A stretch of 64,000 bases of DNA from Oscillospiraceae bacterium (GTDB taxonomy: Bacteria > Bacillota > Clostridia > Oscillospirales > CAG-272), in assembly GCA_015063545.1 (NCBI GenBank), contig SVTX01000003.1, forward strand, positions 5,913-69,912. Direction: 5' to 3'. Of the stretch, positions 36,092 through 44,960 are shown one piece after another; position 1 is the first letter of the stretch, and each line of letters starts with the position of its first letter. Below the pieces are notes generated by a model. The model did no database searches, was not told where the DNA came from, and saw nothing but the letters and a program-made list of their open reading frames with translations. The position numbers and the translations under genes are program-made.

Positions 36092-37426
36092 ATGTCAAAA
36101 CCAATTATAGCTATTGTCGGACGTCCTAACGTCGGCAAGAGCACACTTTTTAACAAGCTCATCGGCGAGCGCCGTTCCATCGTCGAGGACGTACCGGGCG
36201 TTACGCGTGACCGCATCTACGGCGAGACCGAGTGGTGCGGCAAGAAATTTATAGTAATAGATACGGGCGGAATTGAGCCCAAGAGTGATGATATAATTCT
36301 GTCGCAGATGAAGTTTCAGGCGCAGGTCGCTATTGAGGATGCAGACGTTATCGTATTCATGTGCGACGTTCGCACAGGACTTACTGCGAATGACCGCGAT
36401 ATCGCGATAATGCTCAAGAAAAGCGGCAAGCCTATTGTTCCCTGTATAAACAAGTGTGACAGCGTAGGCCATCTGCCTTATGAGTTTTACGAGTTCTATG
36501 AGCTTGGCTTTGAGACCGAGCCGGTTGCTGTATCGTCCGTTCACGGCTCAGGTACGGGTGACCTTCTTGACGCATGCGTTGAGGCAATAGGTGAGTGGGA
36601 CTACACCGAGGAGGAGGACGATTCCGTTAAGGTTGCAGTCATAGGAAAGCCCAACGCGGGCAAGTCGTCCATCATAAACAAGATGCTCGGTGAGCAGAGA
36701 CTTATCGTATCCAATATCGCCGGCACGACCAGAGATGCCGTTGATACGGTGCTTGAAAATACCTACGGAAAATTCACTATGATCGACACCGCCGGAATTC
36801 GCCGTCAGTCCAAAATAAACGATAATATCGAAAAGTACAGCGTTCTCCGCGCACATATGGCGGTCGAGCGCGCCGACGTCTGTCTTATCATGATAGACGC
36901 GGGAACGGGAATTACCGAGCAGGACGAGAAAATTGCGGGTATTGCTCACGAGGCGGGCAAGGCGTCAATTATCGTTGTAAACAAGTGGGATTCCATTGAA
37001 AAAGACAATCACACCGTAAACGAGTTTACAAAGAAGATAAGGGAAGCGCTTGCGTATATGACTTACGCGCCAATAATTTTCGTTTCTGCAAAGACGGGAC
37101 AGAGAATAGGCGACCTTTTTGAGAGAATTCTCTATGTTCAGAATCAGACAAACACACGAATCTCCACGGGTATGCTCAATGAGGTGCTGGGAGAGGCGAC
37201 TATGAGAACGCAGCCTCCCACAGACAAGGGACGCAGACTCAAGATATATTACATGACGCAGATAAGCGTTGCTCCCCCCACGTTTGTTATATTCTGCAAC
37301 AGCGCGGAGCTGTTCCACTATTCATATCAGAGATATATTGAGAACTGTCTGCGTGAGACGTTTGGTTTTACAGGTACTCCGATAAAGCTCATAATCCGTG
37401 AGCGCGGAGAGGATAGCAAGAAATAA
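36092..37426 (+). CDS. der: Ribosome-biogenesis GTPase Der (EngA)
   Basis: Two tandem G domains (GRPNVGKST and GKPNAGKSS P-loops) plus a KH-like C-terminus. Confidence 0.95.
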   Translation: MSKPIIAIVGRPNVGKSTLFNKLIGERRSIVEDVPGVTRDRIYGETEWCGKKFIVIDTGGIEPKSDDIILSQMKFQAQVAIEDADVIVFMCDVRTGLTANDRDIAIMLKKSGKPIVPCINKCDSVGHLPYEFYEFYELGFETEPVAVSSVHGSGTGDLLDACVEAIGEWDYTEEEDDSVKVAVIGKPNAGKSSIINKMLGEQRLIVSNIAGTTRDAVDTVLENTYGKFTMIDTAGIRRQSKINDNIEKYSVLRAHMAVERADVCLIMIDAGTGITEQDEKIAGIAHEAGKASIIVVNKWDSIEKDNHTVNEFTKKIREALAYMTYAPIIFVSAKTGQRIGDLFERILYVQNQTNTRISTGMLNEVLGEATMRTQPPTDKGRRLKIYYMTQISVAPPTFVIFCNSAELFHYSYQRYIENCLRETFGFTGTPIKLIIRERGEDSKK

Positions 37427-37436
37427 GAGGTACAAA

Positions 37437-38114
37437 TTGAAGGATAATAAGATTTCACCTGAGGCAAAAATAGTGCGGATCGCGTGCGTTATGATGGGAA
37501 TATCGGTGATTTTCGTATGTCTTGGAGTAGCGAAGGCGGAGGCTGTTTCTTCAAAAATAGCGCTTTTTTGCGCTGCCGGACTGTTGTTTTTTCTGGGCGC
37601 ACTGTTTGCTCTTGCGGCAGGATATTCCGTCTATGCGAGAAACCACAAGCACAACTTTTTCCTGTATGACAAAAAAATGAGGAAGGATATTCCTGTTTCC
37701 GAGCTGACGTTTGAGATCATCAGAAAAAAGGTGGTCGATTACATGTCGCTTTTTAAAAGAGGGAAGAAACTTTACGTAGGAGAGCTTTTCTCAGATAATT
37801 CTCCATTGAACAATGAAGCAATGAAGCCGCTTTTCTGCTATGAGCTTTTGTATCAGCTTGCTGAAACAAAGGATGCGTTTGCCATAAAAATGTTTCTTGG
37901 CTACGGAGATGAGTGCTCCAGAATATTTTCAAAGTATCTGTATGAAAACGGAGATTATGAGCTTTCTTCGAAGATAGTATATTTCTTTACCCAGAGCAAA
38001 ACAAGTCCGTCGGCAGAAAAGGACTTTGCCGATTACGTCAGCTCACACAAAGCTCATATAGAAAAACAGGTCGTAGAATATACCAAAAACAACATAGACA
38101 GATTTGTAATATAA
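37437..38114 (+). CDS. Hypothetical membrane protein
   Basis: TTG at 37437 follows AAGAGG and der's stop. There are two N-terminal hydrophobic segments and no motif I recognise. The start codon is uncertain. Confidence 0.5.
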   Translation: MKDNKISPEAKIVRIACVMMGISVIFVCLGVAKAEAVSSKIALFCAAGLLFFLGALFALAAGYSVYARNHKHNFFLYDKKMRKDIPVSELTFEIIRKKVVDYMSLFKRGKKLYVGELFSDNSPLNNEAMKPLFCYELLYQLAETKDAFAIKMFLGYGDECSRIFSKYLYENGDYELSSKIVYFFTQSKTSPSAEKDFADYVSSHKAHIEKQVVEYTKNNIDRFVI

Positions 38115-38143
38115 AATCCTTGCGATAGTGAAAGGAGAATAAA

Positions 38144-39424
38144 ATGTTTATAGATAGCATAAAAATATACGTCAAGGCGGGCGACGGCGGGAACGGCGCA
38201 GTGTCATTCAGACGCGAAAAGTACGTTGCGGCGGGCGGTCCCGACGGCGGAGACGGTGGAAACGGCGGAAATATAATCTTCCGCGTCGATCCCGGCTCAA
38301 ACACTTTGCTTGCGTTCAGATACAAAAGAAAGTTTGTGGCTATGAACGGAGAGAACGGCAAGGGCTCAAAATTTCACGGAAAGACTGCAGAGGACATATA
38401 TATTATGGTTCCTCCCGGAACACTTATAAGAGATCCCGAAACGCACAAGATAATTCACGACATGTCACAAAATGACGGCGCAGATTTTGTCTGCTGTAAG
38501 GGCGGTCGCGGCGGTTGGGGAAACAGACATTTTGCGACACCCACGCGACAGGTTCCCATGTTTGCAAAAAGCGGAACGAAAGGCCAGGAGAGGGAAGTGC
38601 TCCTTGAGTTGAAGATGCTTGCCGATGTAGGACTTATCGGAATGCCCAGTGTTGGAAAATCATCGCTTTTGTCTGTCATCTCCTCGGCAAAGCCTAAGAT
38701 CGCGGATTATCATTTCACGACGCTCTCTCCCAATCTTGGAGTAGTTTCTACGGGCGGTGAGACGGGCTTTGTGGCAGCGGATATTCCCGGACTTATCGAG
38801 GGCGCGGCAGACGGCGCGGGACTTGGACATGCTTTTCTTCGTCACGTTGACAGATGCAGATTGCTTTTGCACGTTGTGGACATCTCCTGTTTTGAGGGCA
38901 GAGACCCGATTGAGGATGTAAAGGCAATAAACTACGAGCTTGAGCGTTATTCTCCTGAACTTGCCACCAGACCTCAGATAATAGTTGCAAATAAGGTGGA
39001 TTCTCTTGACGAAAGCGTAGTTGACGTACAGGCATTTGAGGATTTCGTGGATGAGAACGGCTGGGAAATGATATACGTTTCGGCATACACGGGTGAGAAC
39101 ACCGAGGAGCTTGTAGAGAGAGTTGCCGAAAGACTTAAGCTTTTGCCCCCTATGATAGTGTACGATTCGGAATACGACGATTCCGATGCATATGTTGGCG
39201 GAGGCAAGGACACCACTATCAGACGCGAAGGAGCGAAATTTATCGTTGAAGGTGAATGGCTCTTTAACCTTGTAGGACAGGTCAACTTTGAAAACTACGA
39301 ATCTCTGGAATTTTTCCAGAAGGTACTCAAAAAGAGTGGGGTGTTCGAGGAGCTTGAAGCAAACGGCTGTCGCGACGGTGATACTGTCGAGATATATGAT
39401 TTTGAATTTGATTACGTAAAATAA
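38144..39424 (+). CDS. obg: GTPase Obg/CgtA
   Basis: Gly-rich Obg fold (GDGGNGAVSFRREKYVAAGGPDGGDGGNGG), G domain (GMPSVGKSS) and a C-terminal OCT domain. Confidence 0.95.
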   Translation: MFIDSIKIYVKAGDGGNGAVSFRREKYVAAGGPDGGDGGNGGNIIFRVDPGSNTLLAFRYKRKFVAMNGENGKGSKFHGKTAEDIYIMVPPGTLIRDPETHKIIHDMSQNDGADFVCCKGGRGGWGNRHFATPTRQVPMFAKSGTKGQEREVLLELKMLADVGLIGMPSVGKSSLLSVISSAKPKIADYHFTTLSPNLGVVSTGGETGFVAADIPGLIEGAADGAGLGHAFLRHVDRCRLLLHVVDISCFEGRDPIEDVKAINYELERYSPELATRPQIIVANKVDSLDESVVDVQAFEDFVDENGWEMIYVSAYTGENTEELVERVAERLKLLPPMIVYDSEYDDSDAYVGGGKDTTIRREGAKFIVEGEWLFNLVGQVNFENYESLEFFQKVLKKSGVFEELEANGCRDGDTVEIYDFEFDYVK

Positions 39425-39435
39425 GGAGAAATGGT

Positions 39436-39969
39436 ATGAACATCTGGCACGATATAAACCCCAAGTTTATAACACCTACGGACTTTACGGCGGTAATTGA
39501 GATATCAAAGGGAAGCAGCTGTAAGTATGAGCTTGACAAGGATACGGGCATGCTCCGTCTTGACAGAATTCTTTACACGGCAACGCACTATCCCGCAAAC
39601 TACGGCTTTATCCCCCGTACATATGCGGATGACGGAGACCCGCTTGATGTTTTGGTTCTTTGCTCTGAGCCTATAACACCCTTGACGCTTGTTCAGGTGT
39701 ATCCCATTGGAGCTATGCGAATGATAGATGGCGGAAAGCTTGACGACAAGATATTTGCCATCCCTACGTCGGATCCCACTTATCACGGCATCAAATCTAT
39801 TGACGAATTGCCCTCGCATATTTTTGCGGAAATCCAGCATTTCTTCACGGTATATAAGCAGCTGGAGCACAAGCAGACGGCAGTTAAGGAGTTTTTTAAT
39901 TACGATGAAGCTCAGCAGATGATCGCCGAGGCGATGGAATCGTATGAAAAGCTTTATGGGAATAAATAA
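39436..39969 (+). CDS. ppa: Inorganic pyrophosphatase, family I
   Basis: 177 aa with KYELDK, YPANYGFIP and DGDPLDVLV motifs. Confidence 0.9.
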   Translation: MNIWHDINPKFITPTDFTAVIEISKGSSCKYELDKDTGMLRLDRILYTATHYPANYGFIPRTYADDGDPLDVLVLCSEPITPLTLVQVYPIGAMRMIDGGKLDDKIFAIPTSDPTYHGIKSIDELPSHIFAEIQHFFTVYKQLEHKQTAVKEFFNYDEAQQMIAEAMESYEKLYGNK

Positions 39970-39982
39970 AAAAACAGGCAAA

Positions 39983-40017
39983 GGACAGAGACGGCTTTTA
40001 CGCTCTCTGTCCTTTTT
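39983..40017 (+). terminator. Intrinsic terminator after ppa
   Basis: Stem ggacagaga / tctctgtcc followed by TTTTT at 40013-40017. Confidence 0.65.
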
Positions 40018-40045
40018 GTAAGGTTATCTAATGCCAACTTTATTC

Positions 40046-40216
40046 TCAATCTTGCTTCATAGGATCAAATTCAGAATAACAAAACAAGAGGTAGTCACAC
40101 TCGTCGCAACAACACTCAAATCCGTGCTCTCCGTTACCAAGGCAAACAGCAGGCTCTCCGGGTGTAAGCTCTATGCCGGTAACATCTATTACATTTTTTT
40201 GAATATTCTTTTCCAT
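40046..40216 (-). CDS. Small Cys-rich protein (56 aa; C-x9-CCC-x2-C-x5-C)
   Basis: MEKNIQKNVIDVTGIELTPGEPAVCLGNGEHGFECCCDECDYLLFCYSEFDPMKQD. The ATG at 40216 is preceded by a GGGGG-type RBS. The longer tracked start at 40249 falls inside the terminator hairpin. Confidence 0.55.
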   Translation of the reverse strand: MEKNIQKNVIDVTGIELTPGEPAVCLGNGEHGFECCCDECDYLLFCYSEFDPMKQD

Positions 40217-40235
40217 ATATCCCCCATCATAAATC

Positions 40236-40264
40236 AAAAAGTGCGCCAACCGAAGTCAGCGCAC
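40236..40264 (-). terminator. Intrinsic terminator/attenuator hairpin 20 nt upstream of the small Cys-rich ORF
   Basis: On the minus strand: gtgcgctgac-UUCG-gttggcgcac, a 10-bp stem including two G-U pairs with a UUCG tetraloop, followed by TTTTT. Confidence 0.65.
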
Positions 40265-40442
40265 CGAAAAACGCAAACTCCAATTGTCGCCAAACAATCT
40301 CTCAATAGTATAGGTTCGCTATAAAACCAAGCAGGAGTCGCGTTTTTACCAAAACGTATTTTCTTGGTTTTATAATTAAAAGAAGATATAGTTATCCCAT
40401 AACAAGAAAAACCTATAACTATGGATATTAAGATTGTTTGGC
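40265..40442 (-). promoter_or_regulatory. Structured 5' leader (riboswitch/attenuator candidate)
   Basis: Nested pairings read on the minus strand. The 10-bp outer stem pairs 40440-40431 with 40300-40291. An 11-bp stem pairs 40373-40363 with 40331-40321. An inner 6-bp hairpin pairs 40356-40351 with 40346-40341. A small hairpin gttat-ggg-ataac lies at 40403-40391. Confidence 0.4.
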
Positions 40443-40448
40443 ACAACT

Positions 40449-40476
40449 ATTATATCATAATTTTTTAGGGTTGTAA
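40449..40476 (-). promoter_or_regulatory. Sigma-A type promoter (minus strand) for the structured leader
   Basis: Minus-strand TTACAA (40476-40471), 16-nt spacer, TGaTATAAT (-10 at 40454-40449). The predicted start falls about 2 nt before the outer stem. Confidence 0.5.
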
Positions 40477-40527
40477 ATATATTTCGAAAAATTTTGCAAG
40501 ATTACCTTTTGGTAGTTAGAAAAAAGC

Positions 40528-40702
40528 CTCCCTTGTGTAAAGGGAGGTGGCACGGCAACGCCGTGACGGAGGGATTGTAAAAGGTTAGATGTTCGCTCAA
40601 AACAATCTCAGTCGCCTCGCAACCCGCGCACCCGCCGTCCCCTTTGTCTGCTCCGCAGACATTTCCCCACATTTGTGGGAAATCACCCTTTACACAAGGG
40701 AG
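40528..40702. repeat. 175-bp GC-rich element with perfect 17-bp terminal inverted repeats (MITE/REP-like)
   Basis: ctcccttgtgtaaaggg (40528-40544) is the exact reverse complement of ccctttacacaagggag (40686-40702). The left end can fold on itself into a 7-bp hairpin (ctccctt/aagggag); the right end forms a weaker 4-5-bp hairpin. Internal hairpins include cacggc/gccgtg and tttcccac/gtgggaaa. There is no ORF. Confidence 0.6.
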
Positions 40703-40804
40703 CCTTGGGTTAGTGCTAACTCGTTCGCTTTCAACAGACCGGAATTTGGTTTTACTCTTTGATTAAGGTATACGAAGCATTGCATTTGTGGTCACAAAAA
40801 CAAC

Positions 40805-40832
40805 AAATCCCGACGGAGTTCCGTCGGGATTT
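40805..40832 (-). terminator. Intrinsic terminator after ftsH
   Basis: Stem aaatcccgacgga / tccgtcgggattt. On the minus strand it is followed by a T-rich run. Confidence 0.7.
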
Positions 40833-40848
40833 ATAATTATGCTAGTCT

Positions 40849-42885
40849 TTAATTCTGCACCTCGTCGTGAGATTCCTCAACTGTGTCGTCTTCGAAAGTG
40901 TCATCCTCGGAGGTGTCGTTCTCGGAGGGCTGAGGTTCTTCAACTGTCTTGCTGTCTTCTGCCTCAATAGCCGCAAGTCTTTCCTGCTCGGCAATGTTTG
41001 CCTCAGCGCTCTTGCGCTTTTTCTCGGCGGCGATCTCCTCTATCTGTTCAATTGAGGGATCTTCTGTTTCCATGACTGCTTTGAATTGGTCGCCGTCCAT
41101 GATCTCGTTTTTAACAAGGAATTCAGCGATAAAGTCAAGCTTATCTCTGTGTTCGGAGAGAAGTTTTTTCGCAAGCTCATAAGCCTTGGAAATAATGTCG
41201 TGTATCTCGTTATCTATCTTCGCTGCCGTAGCATCGGAGTAATCCTGTGAGGATGAGAAGTCACGGCCGAGGAATACCTCGCTCTGGTTGTTTCCGAAGC
41301 AACGTGTACCGAGAACATCGGACATACCGAGACGCATTACCATCTTCTTTGCGGTTGCCGTTGCACGCTCAATGTCGTTTGACGCGCCGCCGGAAACGTC
41401 ACCGTAGACTATTTCTTCTGCGGCTCTGCCGCCGAGAAGCATGGAAATGTCTTTGTTAAGCTCGCTCTTATATTCACTGTACTTATCCTCAACGGGCGGG
41501 TTGAGCGTGTATCCCAAGGCTCTTCCGCTGGGAATAATGGATATCTGCTGAACGGGATCAAGATCCAGATAGTAAGCTATCATTGCGTGACCTGCCTCGT
41601 GGTAAGCCGTGTGCTTCTTTTCGCTTTCCTTCATAGCGCGCGCCTTCTTCTTGGGACCTGCTATGACCTTGATGAACGCATCCTCAATATCCTCCATGCC
41701 GATAAGGCTCTTTCCGCGTCTTGTTGCAAGGAGTGCCGCTTCGTTGAGAAGGTTAGCAAGGTCTGCGCCTGTAAAGCCAACAGTCATTTTAGCTACGTCC
41801 TTGAGATCCACAGCGGGCTCAAGGGGCTTGTTCTTGGAATGAACCTTGAGTATCTCAACTCTGCCGTTTATATCGGGGTAATTTACAGTTATCTGTCTGT
41901 CAAAGCGTCCGGGGCGGAGAAGCGCGGGATCGAGAATGTCGGGACGGTTGGTTGCCGCCATGACTATGATACCCTCGTGAGAGCCGAAGCCGTCCATTTC
42001 AACGAGAAGTTGGTTTAACGTCTGCTCACGCTCATCGTGACCGCCGCCGAGACCTGCGCCTCTGTGACGTCCGACTGCGTCTATCTCGTCTATGAAAATG
42101 ATAGCAGCAGAAGATTTTCTTGCGTTTTCAAAAAGGTCACGGACACGGGATGCGCCGACACCGACGTACATTTCAACAAAATCCGATCCGGAAATAGAGA
42201 AGAAGGGAACACCCGCCTCGCCTGCCACGGCTTTTGCGAGCAAGGTTTTACCTGTACCGGGAGGGCCCATGAGGAGTACACCGTGAGGAATTTTTGCGCC
42301 GAGCTTTGCAAATGCGCCGGGATTTTTCAAAAATTCAACTATTTCCTCAAGTTCTTCTTTTTCCTCGTCAGCGCCCGCTACGTCCGCAAACGTAACCTTG
42401 TTTTTATCATCGGGCACAGCCATTTTCGCGCGAGATTTTGAAAATCCGCCCATTTTGCCGCCACCGCCCGAGCCGGATATCTGACGTGTCATGATTACGT
42501 ACATGACTATCAGCGCAACTATGATGAGTATCATAGGAAGATAGGACAGCCATGCGGAATATTCCTTGGGGGCAATAAGCTTGAAATCCACGTTTTCGCT
42601 GCCTGCGGCTTTTTCAGCAATAGGATCGTGGAGCTTGTCGTAGAATACCTTTGAGTTTGGCAGCTTATATTCTATTTCTGTCTTTTTGTCTGCTTTTACT
42701 ATGGTAAGCTTGTTGGTGTTCTCGTCAAAAGTGACGCTTGATACGTCTCCGCTGTTGACGACTTTGAGAATATCGTCGTAATTGATCTCATCACCTGCGG
42801 GCTTTTTGAATATAAGCGCGCACACTACTATAATGACGGCGATCAAAATTACGTAAAAAATGATTTGTTTTGCGTGTTTTTTCAT
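40849..42885 (-). CDS. ftsH: ATP-dependent zinc metalloprotease FtsH
   Basis: 678 aa with two TM segments, AAA+ Walker A GPPGTGKT, an SRH region, the HEAGHA zinc site and an acidic C-terminal tail. Confidence 0.95.
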   Translation of the reverse strand: MKKHAKQIIFYVILIAVIIVVCALIFKKPAGDEINYDDILKVVNSGDVSSVTFDENTNKLTIVKADKKTEIEYKLPNSKVFYDKLHDPIAEKAAGSENVDFKLIAPKEYSAWLSYLPMILIIVALIVMYVIMTRQISGSGGGGKMGGFSKSRAKMAVPDDKNKVTFADVAGADEEKEELEEIVEFLKNPGAFAKLGAKIPHGVLLMGPPGTGKTLLAKAVAGEAGVPFFSISGSDFVEMYVGVGASRVRDLFENARKSSAAIIFIDEIDAVGRHRGAGLGGGHDEREQTLNQLLVEMDGFGSHEGIIVMAATNRPDILDPALLRPGRFDRQITVNYPDINGRVEILKVHSKNKPLEPAVDLKDVAKMTVGFTGADLANLLNEAALLATRRGKSLIGMEDIEDAFIKVIAGPKKKARAMKESEKKHTAYHEAGHAMIAYYLDLDPVQQISIIPSGRALGYTLNPPVEDKYSEYKSELNKDISMLLGGRAAEEIVYGDVSGGASNDIERATATAKKMVMRLGMSDVLGTRCFGNNQSEVFLGRDFSSSQDYSDATAAKIDNEIHDIISKAYELAKKLLSEHRDKLDFIAEFLVKNEIMDGDQFKAVMETEDPSIEQIEEIAAEKKRKSAEANIAEQERLAAIEAEDSKTVEEPQPSENDTSEDDTFEDDTVEESHDEVQN

Positions 42886-42982
42886 TTATATCCTCCGTGA
42901 GAATTGCTGTTATAAGGAATCTGAATATATTTTAATACAACACTGTTAAGTGTGTTTTAAGCCAAAAATTGAAAAATAAGGA

Positions 42983-43528
42983 TCAAGAGTAAATCTTGGG
43001 ATCCAGAACTCCCACGTAGGGAAGATTTCTGTATTTTTCCGCATAGTCAAGACCGTATCCCACCACAAATTCGTCGGGGATTGTCTGACCGCAATAATCG
43101 GGTGTAAATTCCACCTCGCGTCTTGACGGTTTGTCAAGCAGGGTGCATGTTTTAACACTCTCCGCGCAGCGTCCGTAGAGTAGCTGAGTGAGACGTGAAA
43201 GGGTTCTTCCGCTGTCAACTATGTCTTCTATTATAAGTATGTCATAATTTTCGAGGTTGTCTATGTTCAGATCAAGCTGTACCTTTATTTCGCCCGACTG
43301 CTTTGTTCCCGCGCCATAGGAGGATACCTTCATGAATTCTATTTTCATGGGGAGGGGAATTTTTCGCATAAGATCGCTTGCGAAATTTATAGAGCCTTTA
43401 AGTATGATGACCATAATAAGAGGCTTATCGGAATCCTTGTAATCGTTTGTGATCTGCTGCGCCAGACGGGTAGTTATAACGTCTATTTCTTGTTCTGTTA
43501 TGAGTATTTTTGATAAGTCCTTGTTCAT
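42983..43528 (-). CDS. hpt: Hypoxanthine phosphoribosyltransferase
   Basis: 181 aa with the PRPP-binding motif ILIIEDIVDSGRTL. Confidence 0.9.
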   Translation of the reverse strand: MNKDLSKILITEQEIDVITTRLAQQITNDYKDSDKPLIMVIILKGSINFASDLMRKIPLPMKIEFMKVSSYGAGTKQSGEIKVQLDLNIDNLENYDILIIEDIVDSGRTLSRLTQLLYGRCAESVKTCTLLDKPSRREVEFTPDYCGQTIPDEFVVGYGLDYAEKYRNLPYVGVLDPKIYS

Positions 43529-43532
43529 GTTG

Positions 43533-44924
43533 TCATCCTTTCAGGCAATAAATGTAAATGTAGAGCTTGTTTTGTTCGTGTGACTTTGCGCTATCGCTTA
43601 TTCCACAGAACGGTGCGTATATTATTTCATCTCCGTCAACTATCAGAGGGAGCGTTTGTCTTTGCGCAAGCGGAATTTTTGCCTCACAGAAAAGCTTTTT
43701 GATCTTTTTTGTCATGCCGCATAGCCTGATCGTGTCGCCTTCGCGTCTGGAACGCGCAGACAACGCATCTATTTTAGCACTTTTCAGAATTGCGGATGTA
43801 TACAATTTGTAAATTTCACCGTCAAATTCTGCCTCGCTTTGATGGATTTCATCCTTTGACAGCAAAACTCCGAACGGAGCAGAGCCTATTTTATTAAATC
43901 CAAAAGACAAAGGAACCTCATACGGTGCAAAAATCTCAGTGGTTTGTTTTTCAAAAAACAGGCAATTGAATTCTATCCTTGCGCGCATACTGTCCGGCAG
44001 AGACACAGATGAGTGCGGCACTGCTTTTTCAGCCAGCGCTATCAGAGCGTTCTGGTGAACCGCCTCAAGAGTTTCATCTGAGTGCTTTTCAAATTCTGAG
44101 CAAAGGATTCTACGCTTAAGAGCGATGTGTAGGGAATTGAATGTATCAAGCGGAATTTTGTTATCCGCAAACGATGCTCCGACAGAATTTGCCTGCTTTG
44201 CTATAAAATCGCAATCCTCGTTTGCCGCGTCAGAGAGTCTTGAGGAAGCTGCGGCTACGTTTCCAAAAATATCGGACAGCTCGGGGATGATGCGCGAGCG
44301 TATTCTGTTTCGCGTGTATTCGTCTTCAAGATTTGTGCTGTCCGTCACATATTCAATAGAGTTTTTCTTGCAGAATTCGAGTATATCCTCGCGTGACACG
44401 GCGAGCAAGGGCCGAAATATTGTCCCTCCCTCAAAATATCTTATTTGAGGAATTCCCGATATACCCTGTGTTCCGCATCCTCGGCAGAGATTGAATATCT
44501 GCGTTTCAAGGTTGTCGTTTGCATTATGCGCTGTAACAAGAACAGGAACGCCCCGCTCCTTCATTATGCTTGCAAAAAATTCATACCTTACGTTTCGCGC
44601 TACCGTCTCGGTACTCTCGCCCGATGCCTCGCACAATTTGGGTATGTCTGCGTTCAGAACGAAAAGCTCCACTCCGAGCTTTTGACAAAGCTCGCGGCAG
44701 AACATCTCGTCGCGCAGAGCCTCGTTGTTGTATTGCTCTGTGCGGATATTGTGATTGACGTGCGCCGCATAAAGCTCAAAGCCGAGGCTTTCCCGACAGA
44801 CGCACATCATATGAAGTAATGACGTTGAATCCGCGCCACCGGAGAGCGCCACCAGCACAGGAGTGTTTTTTTCAACACCGAGGGCGGCGTGAGGCTCGCG
44901 GAAATTTTTCGGTAATTTATTCAT
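43533..44924 (-). CDS. tilS: tRNA(Ile)-lysidine synthase
   Basis: PP-loop ALSGGADSTSLL. The tilS-hpt-ftsH order matches that in Bacillus. Confidence 0.9.
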   Translation of the reverse strand: MNKLPKNFREPHAALGVEKNTPVLVALSGGADSTSLLHMMCVCRESLGFELYAAHVNHNIRTEQYNNEALRDEMFCRELCQKLGVELFVLNADIPKLCEASGESTETVARNVRYEFFASIMKERGVPVLVTAHNANDNLETQIFNLCRGCGTQGISGIPQIRYFEGGTIFRPLLAVSREDILEFCKKNSIEYVTDSTNLEDEYTRNRIRSRIIPELSDIFGNVAAASSRLSDAANEDCDFIAKQANSVGASFADNKIPLDTFNSLHIALKRRILCSEFEKHSDETLEAVHQNALIALAEKAVPHSSVSLPDSMRARIEFNCLFFEKQTTEIFAPYEVPLSFGFNKIGSAPFGVLLSKDEIHQSEAEFDGEIYKLYTSAILKSAKIDALSARSRREGDTIRLCGMTKKIKKLFCEAKIPLAQRQTLPLIVDGDEIIYAPFCGISDSAKSHEQNKLYIYIYCLKG

Positions 44925-44960
44925 TTGTACGTCCTTGGGGAATGATTTGTGGATTGTGAA

